DNA of 64,000 nucleotides from Pocillopora damicornis (taxonomy: Eukaryota), in NCBI RefSeq assembly GCF_003704095.1, contig NW_020845389.1, positions 310,001 through 374,000 of the forward strand, read 5' to 3'. Below, one piece after another: positions 24,652-39,000 of this stretch (positions are counted from its first letter, which is position 1; each line of letters starts with the position of its first letter). Made by a program: the position numbers and the translations under genes. The notes below the pieces were generated by a model. The model saw nothing but the letters and a program-made list of their open reading frames with translations. It did no database searches and had not been told where the DNA came from.

Positions 24652-26729
24652 TCTTTCAAAAATAGATTTACACGGGTCAGACATCGTGGAAGACGAAGCG
24701 AGCATGTTTTAATATGCTTATAGTTATCAATCAGAAAAAAAGGTGTTCATACTTCTCTTTCCTAAAACAACTTCCCGAGCTAACTCTAGGCTTTGGCTTA
24801 ACCGAATAGCTAACAATTTGTATTTAGAGAAGGTTATAAAAAATTTGGAATTTAGGAAAGAAAAGCCACACATAAAGACACTTAACTTCAACATTACTGT
24901 GGCTTTCGACGACATAGATTATGCCTGTTTCTAGTATAAGGGTCTTGAATGTTGGTAAAACGAAGGTGATTTTCTTTACTACGGTTATACAGGTTTTTCC
25001 ACATCATAACCCTTAAGAAGACATTTGGTGATATTAAAGAGCCCGATAAGTATCTGCTTCTTGACAGGAGTGTAGATAAATTGGGTCTGCCAGACTTTCT
25101 TGAAGGTCAAGAGGATTTATTTCTTCTTTCCCTTTTTCGAAAAAATAAAAACGAGTTCATAGTTCAGCAATTTGTCTTGTCTTGTCAAATTTACACTGGA
25201 CGTAAAGCAAAGAGTGCAAGGTTATCATCCTCTGCTCTTGTGGGGATACATATCATTGGTTGAAAATAGAGGAAATATACAATTTATTCACAAGTTTCAA
25301 TTGATCAACCATATTTTGGACTTAATTTTCAATTATGGACGAAAACATAATTTCTATCATCACTGCTCGCAAGTCTGAAACAATTGCCAACAAAAAATGA
25401 ATAATAGATATCTATGTAATCGTCGCCGATTAGCTCTTGAGCACATAGGAAAACCTCTTTCCTGAATATGAGTCATCACAGAAAAAATCATCATTCACCA
25501 GTTGAGGTTGTGCTATTTATGAAAACAACGTCCCCAAAGGAAGCATTCCTCACATCGATGCAAATCAAAGGCTTCCCTGCTAGTTAAGACATGTAAGATA
25601 GTTTGGGTAAATTATATGAACGAAATTTTCCCAGAATGCTCCATGAACCTCGGCGTCCCTCGGCTTGTTCCTATTGTTTCGGATCAACACTTACCCTGGA
25701 AACCACTATCTTCTAAATCGGAGTTGTAATTTGAGTATATATGGTTTTTTTTTCCAATTTGAACATGTCTCTACTCTCCATGGTCAACTTTCATAATACA
25801 TATTATGGACGCTTTTACTATAGATTTTCTTCCTGTGTTACAAAACTTTTATTCTTACGGGCTGTAAATTATTCATGAGGAAATTAAGTGCACAGCGCTA
25901 CTCAACCAAGAGATCGCATAAAGGCTCTGGCATATAACGCCAACAAATTTCAAATTTGGGTTCATTAAGTTCTTGTAAACTTACAGAAATTTCGCTTATC
26001 TGGTGTTGAGAAGATTTTACTCTCGCAGGCAGGTAAAATGAAGACATCTCGTAAGTAAATTCAAACTGACCGGTACCTGTTTCAATGGCATTTACTTCAT
26101 AACTGAGAGAAACGCAAGAAAAGTTTCCTTGCCCCGTAAAATTTTCCAACTATCTTGGTGTTTCTTAAATCAACGCGATCTTAGGTATTGTTGGACAATT
26201 TGAAAGCGGAAATGATTCCCTGCCGCTAAAATTTCTTTGTCCATTTTATAAAGTTTTTCCACAACAGCTTTTTCCGTTCAAATCTCTTATTCCGGGCGAC
26301 ACCTCAAGCAATACCTGCAAATGGATGTTAGAAATTCATGATAGATATCTGATCTAATGGAACAAGGCCTTTTGCGACTGTGCCCTATATACGGCGCTAA
26401 GACACGAGCCAAGACGTAGTATTTGACGGCAGTCATTAATTTACTTATTGACTAGCAAGTTTGCTTTTTCTGAGTCATCTGTGTGTTCTCATTGGATAAC
26501 ACGGACTTGCGACATAACGGGTATCTACGAGTAAATGTGGTAGTTAATTATTCATGAGGAAGACCTTTGTGGTAGAGCCATTGAGGTGTCTTTGTTTGAT
26601 CTTGAAAAAAACCCTTCAACATATTTCTGACATGATTATCTAAACCTTGAAAAGTTCTTTTTCTACCATAGCCATAGCAAAATCAAATTGCTTCTTCGTC
26701 GATTTATTTACAAAGCAAAAGAGGTCAGA

Positions 26730-29700
26730 ATGAAAAGATCTATTCTTTGTTTGCTGGTTGTGCTCTGTTGGTCAAGCTTTGCACTAAGTGCTCTCGTGGA
26801 GGACCCTGATTTCATAGATGAAAAAGGAAAAGCGCTGAAAAACTTTAAAGGTAAGTGTATCTGTGCTTTATCTCTCCCCCAGAACTATTTACACCTTGTC
26901 ATTTTAATAAGAACGAAACATAATTACTCTGTCAGTAATAATGATCTGTCAGTAGTAGAGAATACAAACTTGCGCTCGTGGAGTCATTTCACCTGCGGGT
27001 CAATGAGTAACCACAGGGCACTATCCTCCTTTAAACTGAAGCACGTTGTTTCTTGTTTTGATTGTCAAATTAGGAAAAAATTTTTAGCAAAGGTAAGAAG
27101 TCAGTAAATAATTGCACTACATAGAACAATGTCAAATAAACAAAGTAAGTAAGTAAGTAGTTTTATTGACGTAAACGTCGCCAATAATCACAGCCCGGCA
27201 GATGATTATGATTCACCGATTGTTCCTAATCAGTCGTCTTCCATTTTAATTAAAGTCATGAGGTGGACATATTTAGAACTTTAGCGGTATGAAATATTCG
27301 CCAACCAAAATGGGGTGATTGTTGTATTAAAGGTGTGAGTTGATTAGCGATCATTATCAACATAATGAAAATAAATCCTTGAATGGTTTCATCTGGACCG
27401 TATCAAGGTTAAGCACATCTGACACAAAAAATATCTCCGAAGCCTTAGCCACCATTGCCTTTGTACCGATGATCCAAAGTTCTTCTCGAATCCCCTATGT
27501 TTCACAAAGGTAACAGTTGGCTTCTGAAGCCTCAAATTCCAGTAGTAATGGCATGGTTTAATATATATACATTTATGGGAGTTTTTGCCTCCCGACGCCA
27601 AACGGTGACTACAACCCATTTTGGTTTGGAAGGTGCGCTCAATGAATAGTGAATGCGCTTGAATACAGAGCGAGAGATCGGGGTTCGAACCCTCTCTGGT
27701 TCATCGCGTTGTGTTCCTAGGCAGACACTCTACTCTCGCACTATCAGAAGGCTTTGTAGAACTTCGCGATTTGATAGGGGCGTCCTACAATATATTAGCG
27801 AGCCCTTTAGGAGGATAAACAATGTTTCTAATCAATTATGCTTAGAAACCAGGATACGCTCCGATGGTACTTAGGAGCCAGGTTCGTAAGATTTAACGCG
27901 CGTATTGTCTAATTTAAAAATTGAGGGGAAAACGCATCCTATATCTCCTTCTAAGCACTGGTCGTATCTTCTAGCTTCAGATTATTCCAGCTGAGTTTGT
28001 TTCGTCTTGTTTTTGACACCAGAATCTTGAACCTGATTATGGCCCCATAAGGAGTGCCTTATTAGCTAACGAGAGATCTTAAATTGAGACATTTGCAAGA
28101 CCAAACTTGATTTTACTTTATGCTTGTTTTCCTGCTGGTAAATGAAAGACGCCTCATTTTATTTCGCGCAGTGGTTCCAGGCTCAAGAAGAGACAAAGTA
28201 GAATACCACAACGTAGAACAAGAGGCAGGAAGAGCTGTTCTTAAATTGCTTGACGCCAAAATAGGTAAGTTTTTGTTGATCCAACGACTAATTCGGCTTA
28301 CTCGCAAATATCTTTTCTATATTTGACAAATATTCACCGAAGTAGAAGCAGTTAGTAATGGATATTTACCGCGCTAGCCACTGATAATGAAGTGAATTGT
28401 TGTTTTAGTATATTCTAAAACAGTGAAATAATACAGCAAAAAGTACGATTGAATCTTATTTGTTCATGAAATGATTTTACTACTTTCGGGCCCAAATCCC
28501 GCGCGCGTTTCTCGAAGGTGAATAGCAAGAGAATTGGGAGTTTGAGTAGCCATTCAGAGCATGCATTGAACGCCCTCCATATATACTAAATATGGATATC
28601 CCTTTCTTGGAAGCTAATCTAAGACAACCATTAGTTTTCAGCTTTGCAACGTTTATGTCTCGTCATTTCTAGGAAAGAAGGTTAGTGACGCTGCAAAAGA
28701 GGTCACAGATTTCCTAAACGACGCAGTTGGTGAGAATTATACTAATTTTTCTTTTGTAAAAGCAGGCGCCCAACACTTTCTTACGGCTGTAACACAACTG
28801 TAACACAACGAGTTAACCCTTTAACCTCTAAGAGTGACTGGCATGTAATCTTCCCTCACAATATTCAAGCATAAGCTTAAGGGAATAATGGAAATGATCT
28901 CTAACTAAAGGAGTTCTTTCTTGTTAAACACTAAAATTCTCCTCGATAGCACCTTAGGAAATTTATAGTGATCAGTATGGAGAACATGTTGGGATGTAAA
29001 GGGCTTTGCGTTTTAAGAACGTTAATAGGCGCGTACTCAATGACTAAAACAATTACTTACGTTTTCTGCGTTTGTTAGCCTCATTCACACATGTTCACGC
29101 AGTAAAATCTTTGTATTCATCGTGACAAGGTGCTACCACGCACAGTAGCATCATTAATGTTATGCGTGTGGCTAAAGCCATTTCTCACGAGAATTGAAAT
29201 TTTATAACATATAAGTCGAGCCTGACTTTGAATTTCATTTAAATTAGGCACAACTCCGTCATCAGTTATCTAAAAGTAGGATGGATCAAAACAGCCTCGT
29301 ATTAAGCGTCGTTACCACTATGTATATCAGACTTCAGTAACCCACTTTAGAAACATTTTTTAACTGACTCACTGAACAATCAAGGTATTAGATTCAGAGA
29401 CTTTAAATTATTGGTAAGCTCAATTGAATGATATATCACGTCCTGGACTAACACTTCACCCAAAATGGTGGTCATGTCTACAGGTCATCACGCCCAACAA
29501 AGGACAAAAGATATACAATCCGACAAGCAAAAAGGTAAAAAATTATCAGATGCCTAATATCTTTTAATGAAAATGGAAAACATGCCGCAAAGATATTTAA
29601 TTACAAACTTACTTCTCTCTCAGCCCCCCTGCCCCCGCCCAACCGTCGTTGATTATTTGTTTTCATCGGCTCTCACTGATTTCTTTGCCTTGCAAGATGA

Positions 29701-31322
29701 AGATTGATAGAATGACTGGCATTTTTTTAACACAATCATGGTTGGCGTTTTGCGATCGAAATTATCAGTATCGTGTCTTTCTACACCTTGCAATTAAAGT
29801 TTAAAATGAAATATTGTCCATACTTGTTCTCAATATTTTCATTTGTTTGTTTTTTTGCATCCTTATAAACAGAAATGTCCCTTCTTCACCTTGGGGCAAA
29901 GAAAGTTCTCGACAATAAAGATGAAGAAAACAAGCCTAAAAAGAATAAAGATGGTTCCTTTCTTGTGCATTTTAAAGTCCCATATATTGTGACACCTGTC
30001 GATGAGAAGAAGAAAACAAAACCAAAGAAGTATCATCACAAACACGGGAAAAAGCCACATTTGAAGAAATACCATCACCGCATTTTGCATCACGGACATC
30101 ATCATCACCACCATCATCACCCAGCTCATGCAGCAGATGCAAGCAAACTTACACCGCAGACTCCACAAGCCCCATACAATCCGCAAGGTGAGAGAGCGAC
30201 GTTGGCTGAAGTCGCTTACCAAGTGTCTTAGCAGTCTTTGCATTGCAACAATCACTGCATGCTTGAATATCAACCAAGTTTCCATGGTTACATGGATGAC
30301 TGTTTGCATAGCTGCAAGTTGCATTGCTGTATGGTTGCATGAATGCAGTAATTCATGTTGGCATAACGCGTTTCACTTTTTAACCCTTTGGTTAAAAGGC
30401 CTAAATTATATTGTCGTTTCCTTACAGCACCTCAGGCGCCGCCCTCACAACCCAACTACAATGCTATTGATTTAAGCTTTAACGGTTACAACTGGACTTA
30501 CCAGTATAGTAATGACACCAGTTCGGACATGATACCCTGTCAGGGAAACTGCATGGATCCTTGCACAACACAGTGCTCCATGAGGCAAGATTGCTGCTGC
30601 TGTGATCCCAATATGATGGCTCAAACCCAGGTCCAAGCAGCCGCTCCGCCTGCTGCACCAGTGTACCCTCCAGTAAGTTAATAACGTTCCTTTTGACAAC
30701 AACTGACTTACACTTTTTACCCTGATCAAAAACAAACACGAAAAGATCACACAAGCTCTCTGGTGGTCTTCCTTGGCATGTTACAGTACCATTCGTAATC
30801 CTGGGTTCTGACTGACTAGTGCCGTCGTTAAGTGTTAGATCACACGTGATGTGTTAAAAATGGTAAAAAAGGCATCAAAAAAGATAGGAGGATAATATTT
30901 TACACTGAATTACCTTTTAGGTTCAGCCAATGGCCCCTATGGCTCCACCTTCTTTCCAGCCTCCTCCTATGCCAGCATTCCCTCAATCGCAATGTCCCTC
31001 GGCCTGCAAAAGAAACTGTTTTACGTACTGTCCGCGTGATTGCTGTGGAGTAGCAGGGAAAAGGGACAAGGTTACAAAGAAAGGAGCACCAGACAGCGAA
31101 GAGGAAACCACCAACAAAGTAGAGAGCGACGAAGCAAGTGGTGACGAGAGAGTAAGTGAAGAAGAGACCGAACGACAACATAAGGTGGAGGATGACATCA
31201 AAATACCACAAGAGAAAAATGAAGAGCAAGAAGACAGTGGAAAGTCTAAAGAACAAGCAGATAATGAAGAAACCTTAGAAGGAAGCTCGGAGAGCAAAGA
31301 CGACAACGAAAATGACGATTAA
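26730..31322 (+). CDS. Gene 8: secreted His/Lys-rich, 2-CRD protein with an acidic C-terminal tail (~427 aa)
   Basis: Exons 26730-26850 (MKRSILCLLVVLCWSSFALSA...), 28172-28264, 28673-28729, 29484-29534, 29873-30187 (Lys-rich, HHGHHHHHHH), 30428-30672 (CQGNCMDPCTTQCSMRQDCCCC) and 30921-31322 (CPSACKRNCFTYCPRDCC-GVAGKR-Glu/Asp-rich tail). The frame is continuous; the small internal exons are less certain. Confidence 0.78.
28813..29005. mobile_element. Diverged member of the TTAA MITE group
   Basis: Starts TTAACCCTTTAACCTCTAAGAGTGACTGG and ends GGGATGTAAAGGG. A further decayed inverted relative lies at ~1975-2151. Confidence 0.55.
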
Positions 31323-33093
31323 GTTTCGAAAAGGGTTGTCCGACACAAAACGATTTCATTGGATTGACCTTCCAAGTGGCTCAAGCTCGTATACTAGAGT
31401 CGGCAAATCTCCGGAAAGAATGCAAAGGACAATGTTTAAGACAGTTTATACATACTTAATTTGTTCCGTAAACTTCAAAACCTCCCCTAAGTGTCGGCTG
31501 GGGTTACTCCCATGCCGAAATGAGACCTAACTTACTAAGCTCTAACTTTTACAAAGTGTTAAGCGTACATCAAAGATTATGTCTGTTTCCAACACATTTA
31601 TGAAAGCATCTGGAGGGATGAGATATTGTTGTAAAGTACCTCAGGGAGAGAGGTTGTTATTTCAAAATGAACATCGACTTTTAACCGTTACTGCTCTTTG
31701 AAAAGCCTTGAAACTTTCAGTGCACTCAATACCCCCAGGTCAATACATTACTGATTATATAGATCTTCCTTTAGAGGAGACATTTCCTATAGTAAGGTGC
31801 ACCTGTAAAAATCTATAAGGTAGGGTGTGTATATCAATGAAGTAGCTAAAATGAAAAATATTTAATAGGTTCAAATAGGGAAATGTAAAAGAGATTGTGT
31901 TTTGCCCCTTTGATCAGTTTGTAAAAAGATATTTCTTTGACTTAATTAAACATCAAAACGATATTTTATTTCTCTCAGTTATTGCGGTTTTCTTGAAGAG
32001 TTTTCTGGACAATATCGAAAACTTGGAAATAAAACTTTCAGAGTAATCACGAAGAATGACGCCATTATGCTATTGCATAAAGAATTTCGTATGCCAAAAC
32101 AATGCATCGTGCGTTTTAGGTGAAAAATTACAAGTTTTTAACGAATGTTATTTTAAATAAAAAAAGCTGCCCTTTAAAAGTCGACGAGAAGGCAATATGT
32201 GCAAAGCAATGTTATATTCCGGTAAAAGGAAATGCACAAAACCTTTCAAAACCTGCAAAAAAATCCCGGATAAGGTTACCGGAAGCCACGATAGCTTGTA
32301 ATTCTTAAAGTTCGCAGAGACCAACCAACCATCGTTTTGCAAAAAAACAAAGAAAGAAAAGAAGATGATATTCTGTTGGTCTATTTTGTAAGTTATTTAC
32401 CAGTCTGACATCAGGAAATAACCATGCTGCATAGGTTTTGTTTTGAAGTTATCAACCTGTAAACTGCACGCATCAGCGCGCTCATAAAGCGTCCTCTTCG
32501 CGAACCGTCTTTTGTTGAAGCCGGTGGAAACGTTTTTGCGTTTTTCATATCTGCAAAGGAAAACTAAACTTATATGAAACGTAGTAAACAGTAGATGAAT
32601 TTCTCACATAATTTTCCTCCCAAAAAATGTCCCAGTGACATGCGACTGGTGGCGTATTTTTTTATTTGTTTCGTTTTCGTACTTTAAACAAAAGATGAAA
32701 GCTTTTTCGAGTTCATCTTCTTTCCTACACACGCTTGACAATTCATGGTCCCTGTGATTTGGAGCACGTGGTTCTTGTGTTAAAGTCTTTGACCCCAGTC
32801 TACACCACAAGCAAAGTTTTTTTAACTTGTTACCCAAAGCCGTTAGCCGTGCAACTTTGACTCTGTTTACTCGCTTGGTTAACTTATCTCTTGATTTATT
32901 AATACTACCCAAAGACGACGATTCTCTGAACGCACATCAGTCTCGATAAGCTACCAAGTTTTTTCAAAGCGCGTCGAAGTCCAACGAGGGCCAATTTTTT
33001 GGCCATGATTGTATAGCTATTGAATATTTTTTTTAATCATCTGTCAAATAACGTTTCATTTTTTTTCCGTGGAGGATCATCTAGCCTAATATT

Positions 33094-36000
33094 ATGAAGT
33101 CAAACAGTTGTTTTGCTGTTCCACTTCTTCTGTGTTATTTTATATGGATCTGTGTCAGCAAAGAGACAACACAAAGGCCCGAGAAGCGATTTAACATCAG
33201 AGGTAAGCTTCAGCGGCTATCCAGTACTAACTTGCCAATAGCATCACTCTAGTAACCTCATAGCGAAACTCAAACGTCCCTCTTCGCCACAGTCATCGTT
33301 GGAAAGTAAGTCATAAATATTCATGCAAATACCATCCATTTTACCACATATAATTACTCAGATCTCTCGAATTGCTCTTAAGAATTACAATTATGTCTCA
33401 TACACTCTTGTAGACTTTGCCGAGAAATCTACAAACGAGAGTGAGGATAGTTTACACTGAGGATCAAAATTGGCGTTCACTCTTAACGACAAAACATTTC
33501 AGTAATTCAGCCGGTATTGGCTGGTATTTCCTTAGTCGTCAAAGTTTTTGATTCCCAAAATCTTGTTATCCGGTATTAGCGAGCTTACACTTAATAAATA
33601 TCTTGCTATTTCTCGTCCTTTAAATTACTTCCGTCAATCACTAAATTAACTTTGGTTGCAAACAAGTGTTCTATCATGTCGCCAATGTTTACCCCGAGGA
33701 TGGACTCCATATTTCTTGGATAATAAATCATCGGATTTATATGTCATCCTGCGTTCTATGTAGCTGTGAAGTGAATGGATTTCCTCTTCAATTTATTAGA
33801 ATTATCACCACAAAAATTGTTCCCGACTAAAGAACTGAAAGTCTCTTCAGATGGAAACTACGGAAATACTTCATTGCTTTACTCGCAAAAAATCATCATC
33901 ATCGCAGTGAAATTTTCTTGCATTCCTTGTTCTCTTGTGCAAACAAAAATCTGATCATTTTCATTGTCCATTCAACAACCTAAATTCTAGAGGGAATTTG
34001 GAGCGAAGTACACCGTGCCATGTTTCCGACCAGGGTGCATCTTTCCCACTCAAAGAAAACACCAGCAAGAATCATTCGCTGAATCACTGAATCACAGCTA
34101 GACTGTTAGCTAACAATCACAATTCTTGACTCTCGGGCAATAACATCATACTTTTATTAATGATATCTTATATACTTTAAAATTTGAGCAGTTAGATTAT
34201 CATAAGTACAAATCAACAAATGAATCAATCTCTCTTCGTCCTGTGACTGACTGGTGACAAATTTATCCCCCCGAAAAAACGGCGGGTACTGCAACAATTG
34301 GATTTAATCCTGCCTCTCATACTGTTCAGGTACTTCCACTAATTGAGCTACGATGTCTAATTTTAGGAGCATATACCATCCTTAATATAAAGTCATTCTA
34401 AAAAAGAATTTGCATTCGTACAAAGAAATGTCACAAAAACCATTTAGCATTAGACGCAGGGAAAATTACTCGGCTTAGAACCTAACTTTACTCAAATTTA
34501 ACTCAGGTTAATCTCGTGGTAAGCTGCAAGTGCATATTATATTTATAATTTCTTGTCTAAATCCTTTAGGAAAGGAATGGGTAGCAGCACAAAAAATTAT
34601 CAACAAGTTGGTTGATGAAAGTATTGGTAAGTTCTTAGCAATTGTTGTTGTTATGTGTGTTGTTCAGTGTTGTTCAGTGCTTCTTGGCTTAAGAACAAAC
34701 AGACGTAACTACAGATTTAGGTTTCAGTCTTACTAAGTTTGCTTTAATATCAGTTTATTTATTATAAAGCTAACAGGGTTTCCGAGGCGGAGCATGATGT
34801 TGAGCGTTTACTGGAGTCCAATATTGGTGAGCGACTTCTTTAGCTTTCAACTTTTAAATCGTTAGTTATTTTTATCGGTCTGTGTTAATCACCACTTAAA
34901 GAGAAGTGTACTAGTGGAACATAGTCTATAGATTAAGCTAGGCCTAAAAGTAGTTTCTTTATTGGTATATCATACCTGGCTTACAGTATTCGAATCGACA
35001 TGGAATATCATCATCACTGCTGTTGTGGTTCAGTAAAAAACGAATCATAAAGAAAGGCTTACCTCCCAGGAAAAGATGATGCGTCTATTTTCCAACTGAA
35101 AACTCTGTTATCCATAAGGACGTACCATTCTCAGAACCGAGGACAGTGTTGAGCAAAATATCTTGACGAAAGCGCCATTTCGTTTCTACGTCATCGGAAC
35201 ACTGCGGGCACATTAGTCAGTGATTGACAAATGTTTCGTGTAAATCATTCACAAGGGAGCCTTAATAGAGGATAACACTAGAAACACGCTAAGCTTGTCA
35301 AGTCCACGCTGAGCGTCCAAGTCCCAGACTTTCCATATCAAATCAGCAATGATATGGGGCCGTGCCCAGCAAACCCTACATAAATCAGACAGAAACATGC
35401 ATGTGACGACCCCATCAACAAGTTCATTAGAAATTTGAGTTACATCTTATCCAGATTGTAGTTAAGTTTTTCCCCTTGAAAACGGTTTTAGAGCAGAGAG
35501 TTCTTCTATTTAGTCGACCAGGCTAGATTTGAAAGGTTTTTTGGAGCTGGACTTGATTGATCGACATAAAAGCGAATAATCTTTAATACGTTTTCATTTC
35601 AGCTGATCACATCAAGAAAACTGGTAAAACGCTCCTGCGAAAGTTACCAAAAGGTGAGGAAAACTGTACTTGATTCAGCTTACAACGATAGAAGGCACAT
35701 ACACTGGTTCTTAATGTCACTTTCAAGCTTTATATTTTTGCGAACTCTATGCACTAGGGCGATGTAAGTCATCATGAGCCATGTATACAAATACGTAATT
35801 AGCCTATAACTCCCATGAGTGACCAAGACAGAACTTCTCCTTACAATATCAATGCGCTATCGAGCAGACGAATGATGAGAATAAAGAAAAGTATAAATTA
35901 TGGGATAATTAGCTTATCCAAAACCAAATTCTCCAAACTAACATCATAGGAACTGTATGGAAGACAGTAAGGAGAATTACAATGAGATCTTGAGAGTGAA

Positions 36001-39000
36001 AGTGTTAAAGAGCTCATTAAAGTGAGGCCTAAATGGTAACAAAACATATAGTTCATAGAGAACTGAGTATCAAAGGTTTTCCTTCTCTTCAATATTTTTC
36101 ATTATTACCGAGCAAAACATTTTTAAAAATTATTTGAAAAAGTAAAACAATTTAGCCCCATGAGAGATTTGAACTCTCGACCCCTGGTTTACGAGACCAG
36201 TGCTCTAACCACTGAGCTAACGAGGCCATCGATGACAATGAAGTAGAAATAAATTTGATCGACTGTGGCTCGGGGGGGTTTGTTACCGACAAGTTTTACT
36301 TGAGTGTGATTTTTTGGCGAGGAGGGGGTAGTGGAATTGACCATATAATAGATACTCAATGGTAGCTTATAGTATTCAGCCGTGTTAAACGACTCGCCAA
36401 GTTGATTGGAGATGTACTTGAATATAAGAGTTCGCAACTGAATTCTCCTCATAGAATGTACAGATAAAATTGAGCACTGCTCCGCTCTCGCCAAGTCTGG
36501 AGTTTGCAAGACATCACCAAAGGCCATGCATCAACATTGTGCGAAAACCTGTAACTTATGCGGTAAGTCATAGGTTATAATAGGTGATGATTGTAAAACT
36601 AAAAACTAGATAATTGTTGAGTTAAAAAGCCCCGACTGAAGTGGTTACTGCTGACGTAAATTCTCGGAAGGAGCTACAATTTTATCTTCTATTTCCAAGT
36701 AATGAGTGGATATAAGTCTATTGAAAAAAAAACTTTTACTGTGACAATGCGTTAAAAAAAATTACTTGCCGAAGATTTCTTTTCTGCCGCATATTGATGA
36801 GTTTTTCATTCGTTGTCTCTTTGTATGCCTTCATTTACCGGGTTTATACTACTTTCCGTCTTTCCGCACTGAGGGCGAGGAATTCTTGACAACACTTTAT
36901 AGAGGGAATCATTTATGTAGGCTAGAAATCATGGGCTAACCTATGGCTCTCTCTGTTTTAAAGAGGACAATTTCTTTGATGCCACACCCCACATCGCCAT
37001 CGCGCTCAAGAAAGAACCTGAAAAACTCTTAAAGAAACAGCCAGTTGCCCCGGTCCTAAAAAAGACTTATCACAAATCTTTAAAGGATAAAGTAGTGCCA
37101 GAGAAACCAAAAACTGAACAGTCTACGAGGAAGCATGAATTAGCAGGAGAGGGATTTATTCCAGCTGATACGATCAAAATCCTTCACTCTATAGAGCCAC
37201 TCCTGTCACAGCAATCCAAAGGGGTTATGAAATTCCATGAAAATGACTTGAGCCCAGAAAACGAGAAGATCCGCGATGCACAGAAGCTGCTAGAGTATGT
37301 AAAAGTTCTCAACCCACCGAAGAAGATAGCCATCCTTGAAGCAAAGGTATCTTTAGCAAACGACAAGAAAAAGTCTACTACTAAGAAACCAAAAAAGATT
37401 GTCACACACGAAGATAAAGACAAAGAACAAGAGGACAGGGAACAAAAAGACGAGGTGAAAAAAGAAGAGAAGTCAAAACCCAACCACGCACCCAAATCGA
37501 AAGTTGCAAAGAAGAAGCTTAAAGTTAAGGGAACACCGCTGACAAGTTTATCAAAGACAGTGACTTACAAGAATCACAAGTACAAGATCACACCAGTCGT
37601 GGACTGGGAGCGAATCTCTAAAATGCTGGAAAGTCTTGGCTACAAGGCTGTTCATATTGTTGGCGTCAAGGACAAAAGCATCCACAAAGATCTTACGGAA
37701 CATCTTAAAAAGCACGGGGTTGACAATATTTTGTCACACAAGATAAAAGGAAAGGCCGCTGCGGAAACGTTTGTGTCAGCTGTTCACCGAGAAAAATCTT
37801 GGCATAATGGTAAGGTTTTTTAATGATGAAGGTTGTTTATTCTTTAGTCCTGTTTTTGCTATTTTGATGGGGGGTCTGTCGAAAAAGGGGGACTGGTAGG
37901 TACTCTCAACACTTTTAGACCAACAAGTCACCTGGAGATGAAGGATGAAGGTTCAAACTTTAAACTTTGGAAGTATTAATGAATTCAATCTCAACTTATA
38001 ATTGTCGGTTAATTATAACTGATATTATTTCTGTTAAGGTAACAATGAACTGATAAAATGTCCATCTGTACAAATTTAATCCCCCACTACCTGATGTCTG
38101 TCGCTTTGTTCTCGAAATTGTATCATTTGCGAGATCATTCGGAATTTGAAGTGCAAATCAGTTTTCATGGTGGCTTCTTCTGGTATAAAACATGATCAAA
38201 CACTAAGAGTGTTTATTTTGCAGACGAATATTTTAAGACACACTGCCATCCAAAGTGCCTCACGAACTGCGTATCCTCTTGCATGCCGGGATGTTGCCGC
38301 GAGCACGACAAGGTTTCAGTCAAGACAGGTCTCGCCAAACATTGCCACGCATCCTGTTTGACGAACTGCCTGCCATCCTGCGGTAGCGGCTGCTGCTCGG
38401 CTGACGAGGAGCGAAAGAGGGGCCACCACTTCTTACATTATCAGAGGATAAAAGATTACCACAGGGCTAAGGATGAAGCGGCTGCCAAGCAGCACGACCA
38501 GCCCAAAGAAGACACTAAAAAGCAGGAAGACAAAGTGAATCCCAAATGCCATCCGCAGTGTAAAGAAACTTGTATTTCGTCCTGTGGCAAAGGCTGCTGC
38601 ACAGACGAAGGCGAGAGGTTGAGAGACGAGAATGAGAGAAAGATGAAAGATCAACAGGAAAAATATAGGAAGGACAAACAAAAGAAGCTTCTGGAAATGT
38701 ACAAACCTCAGCCCAGGCTCTGCCCGGCGCCGTGTCCTCAGGTAAATGAGCTGAAAATATTTTTCAGCGGTATCAAAATTGAAATTAAAAGATTTCAAAA
38801 GTCTTTAATTGTTTCCTGATATAAAGGGAACAAATAAGATTTAGAATCTCGATTCCTGGTTTACAGAATTAGTAGTTCATCCAGTGAGCTTTCATAGCGA
38901 CACCGCTGTGACAATCTTCTTATGAAAATTTATATGGAGGTAAAACTCTGAGAAAAATATTCTACCTGTTGAAAAGAATAAGGAACCCCTATCNNNNNNN

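Noticed and set aside
30278-30291. RFX X-box-like palindrome (GTAACCATGGAAAC on the minus strand) among TGCA-rich repeats in a gene 8 intron
   Set aside because: A single intronic match with no recurrence at the promoters, so it cannot be told from chance.
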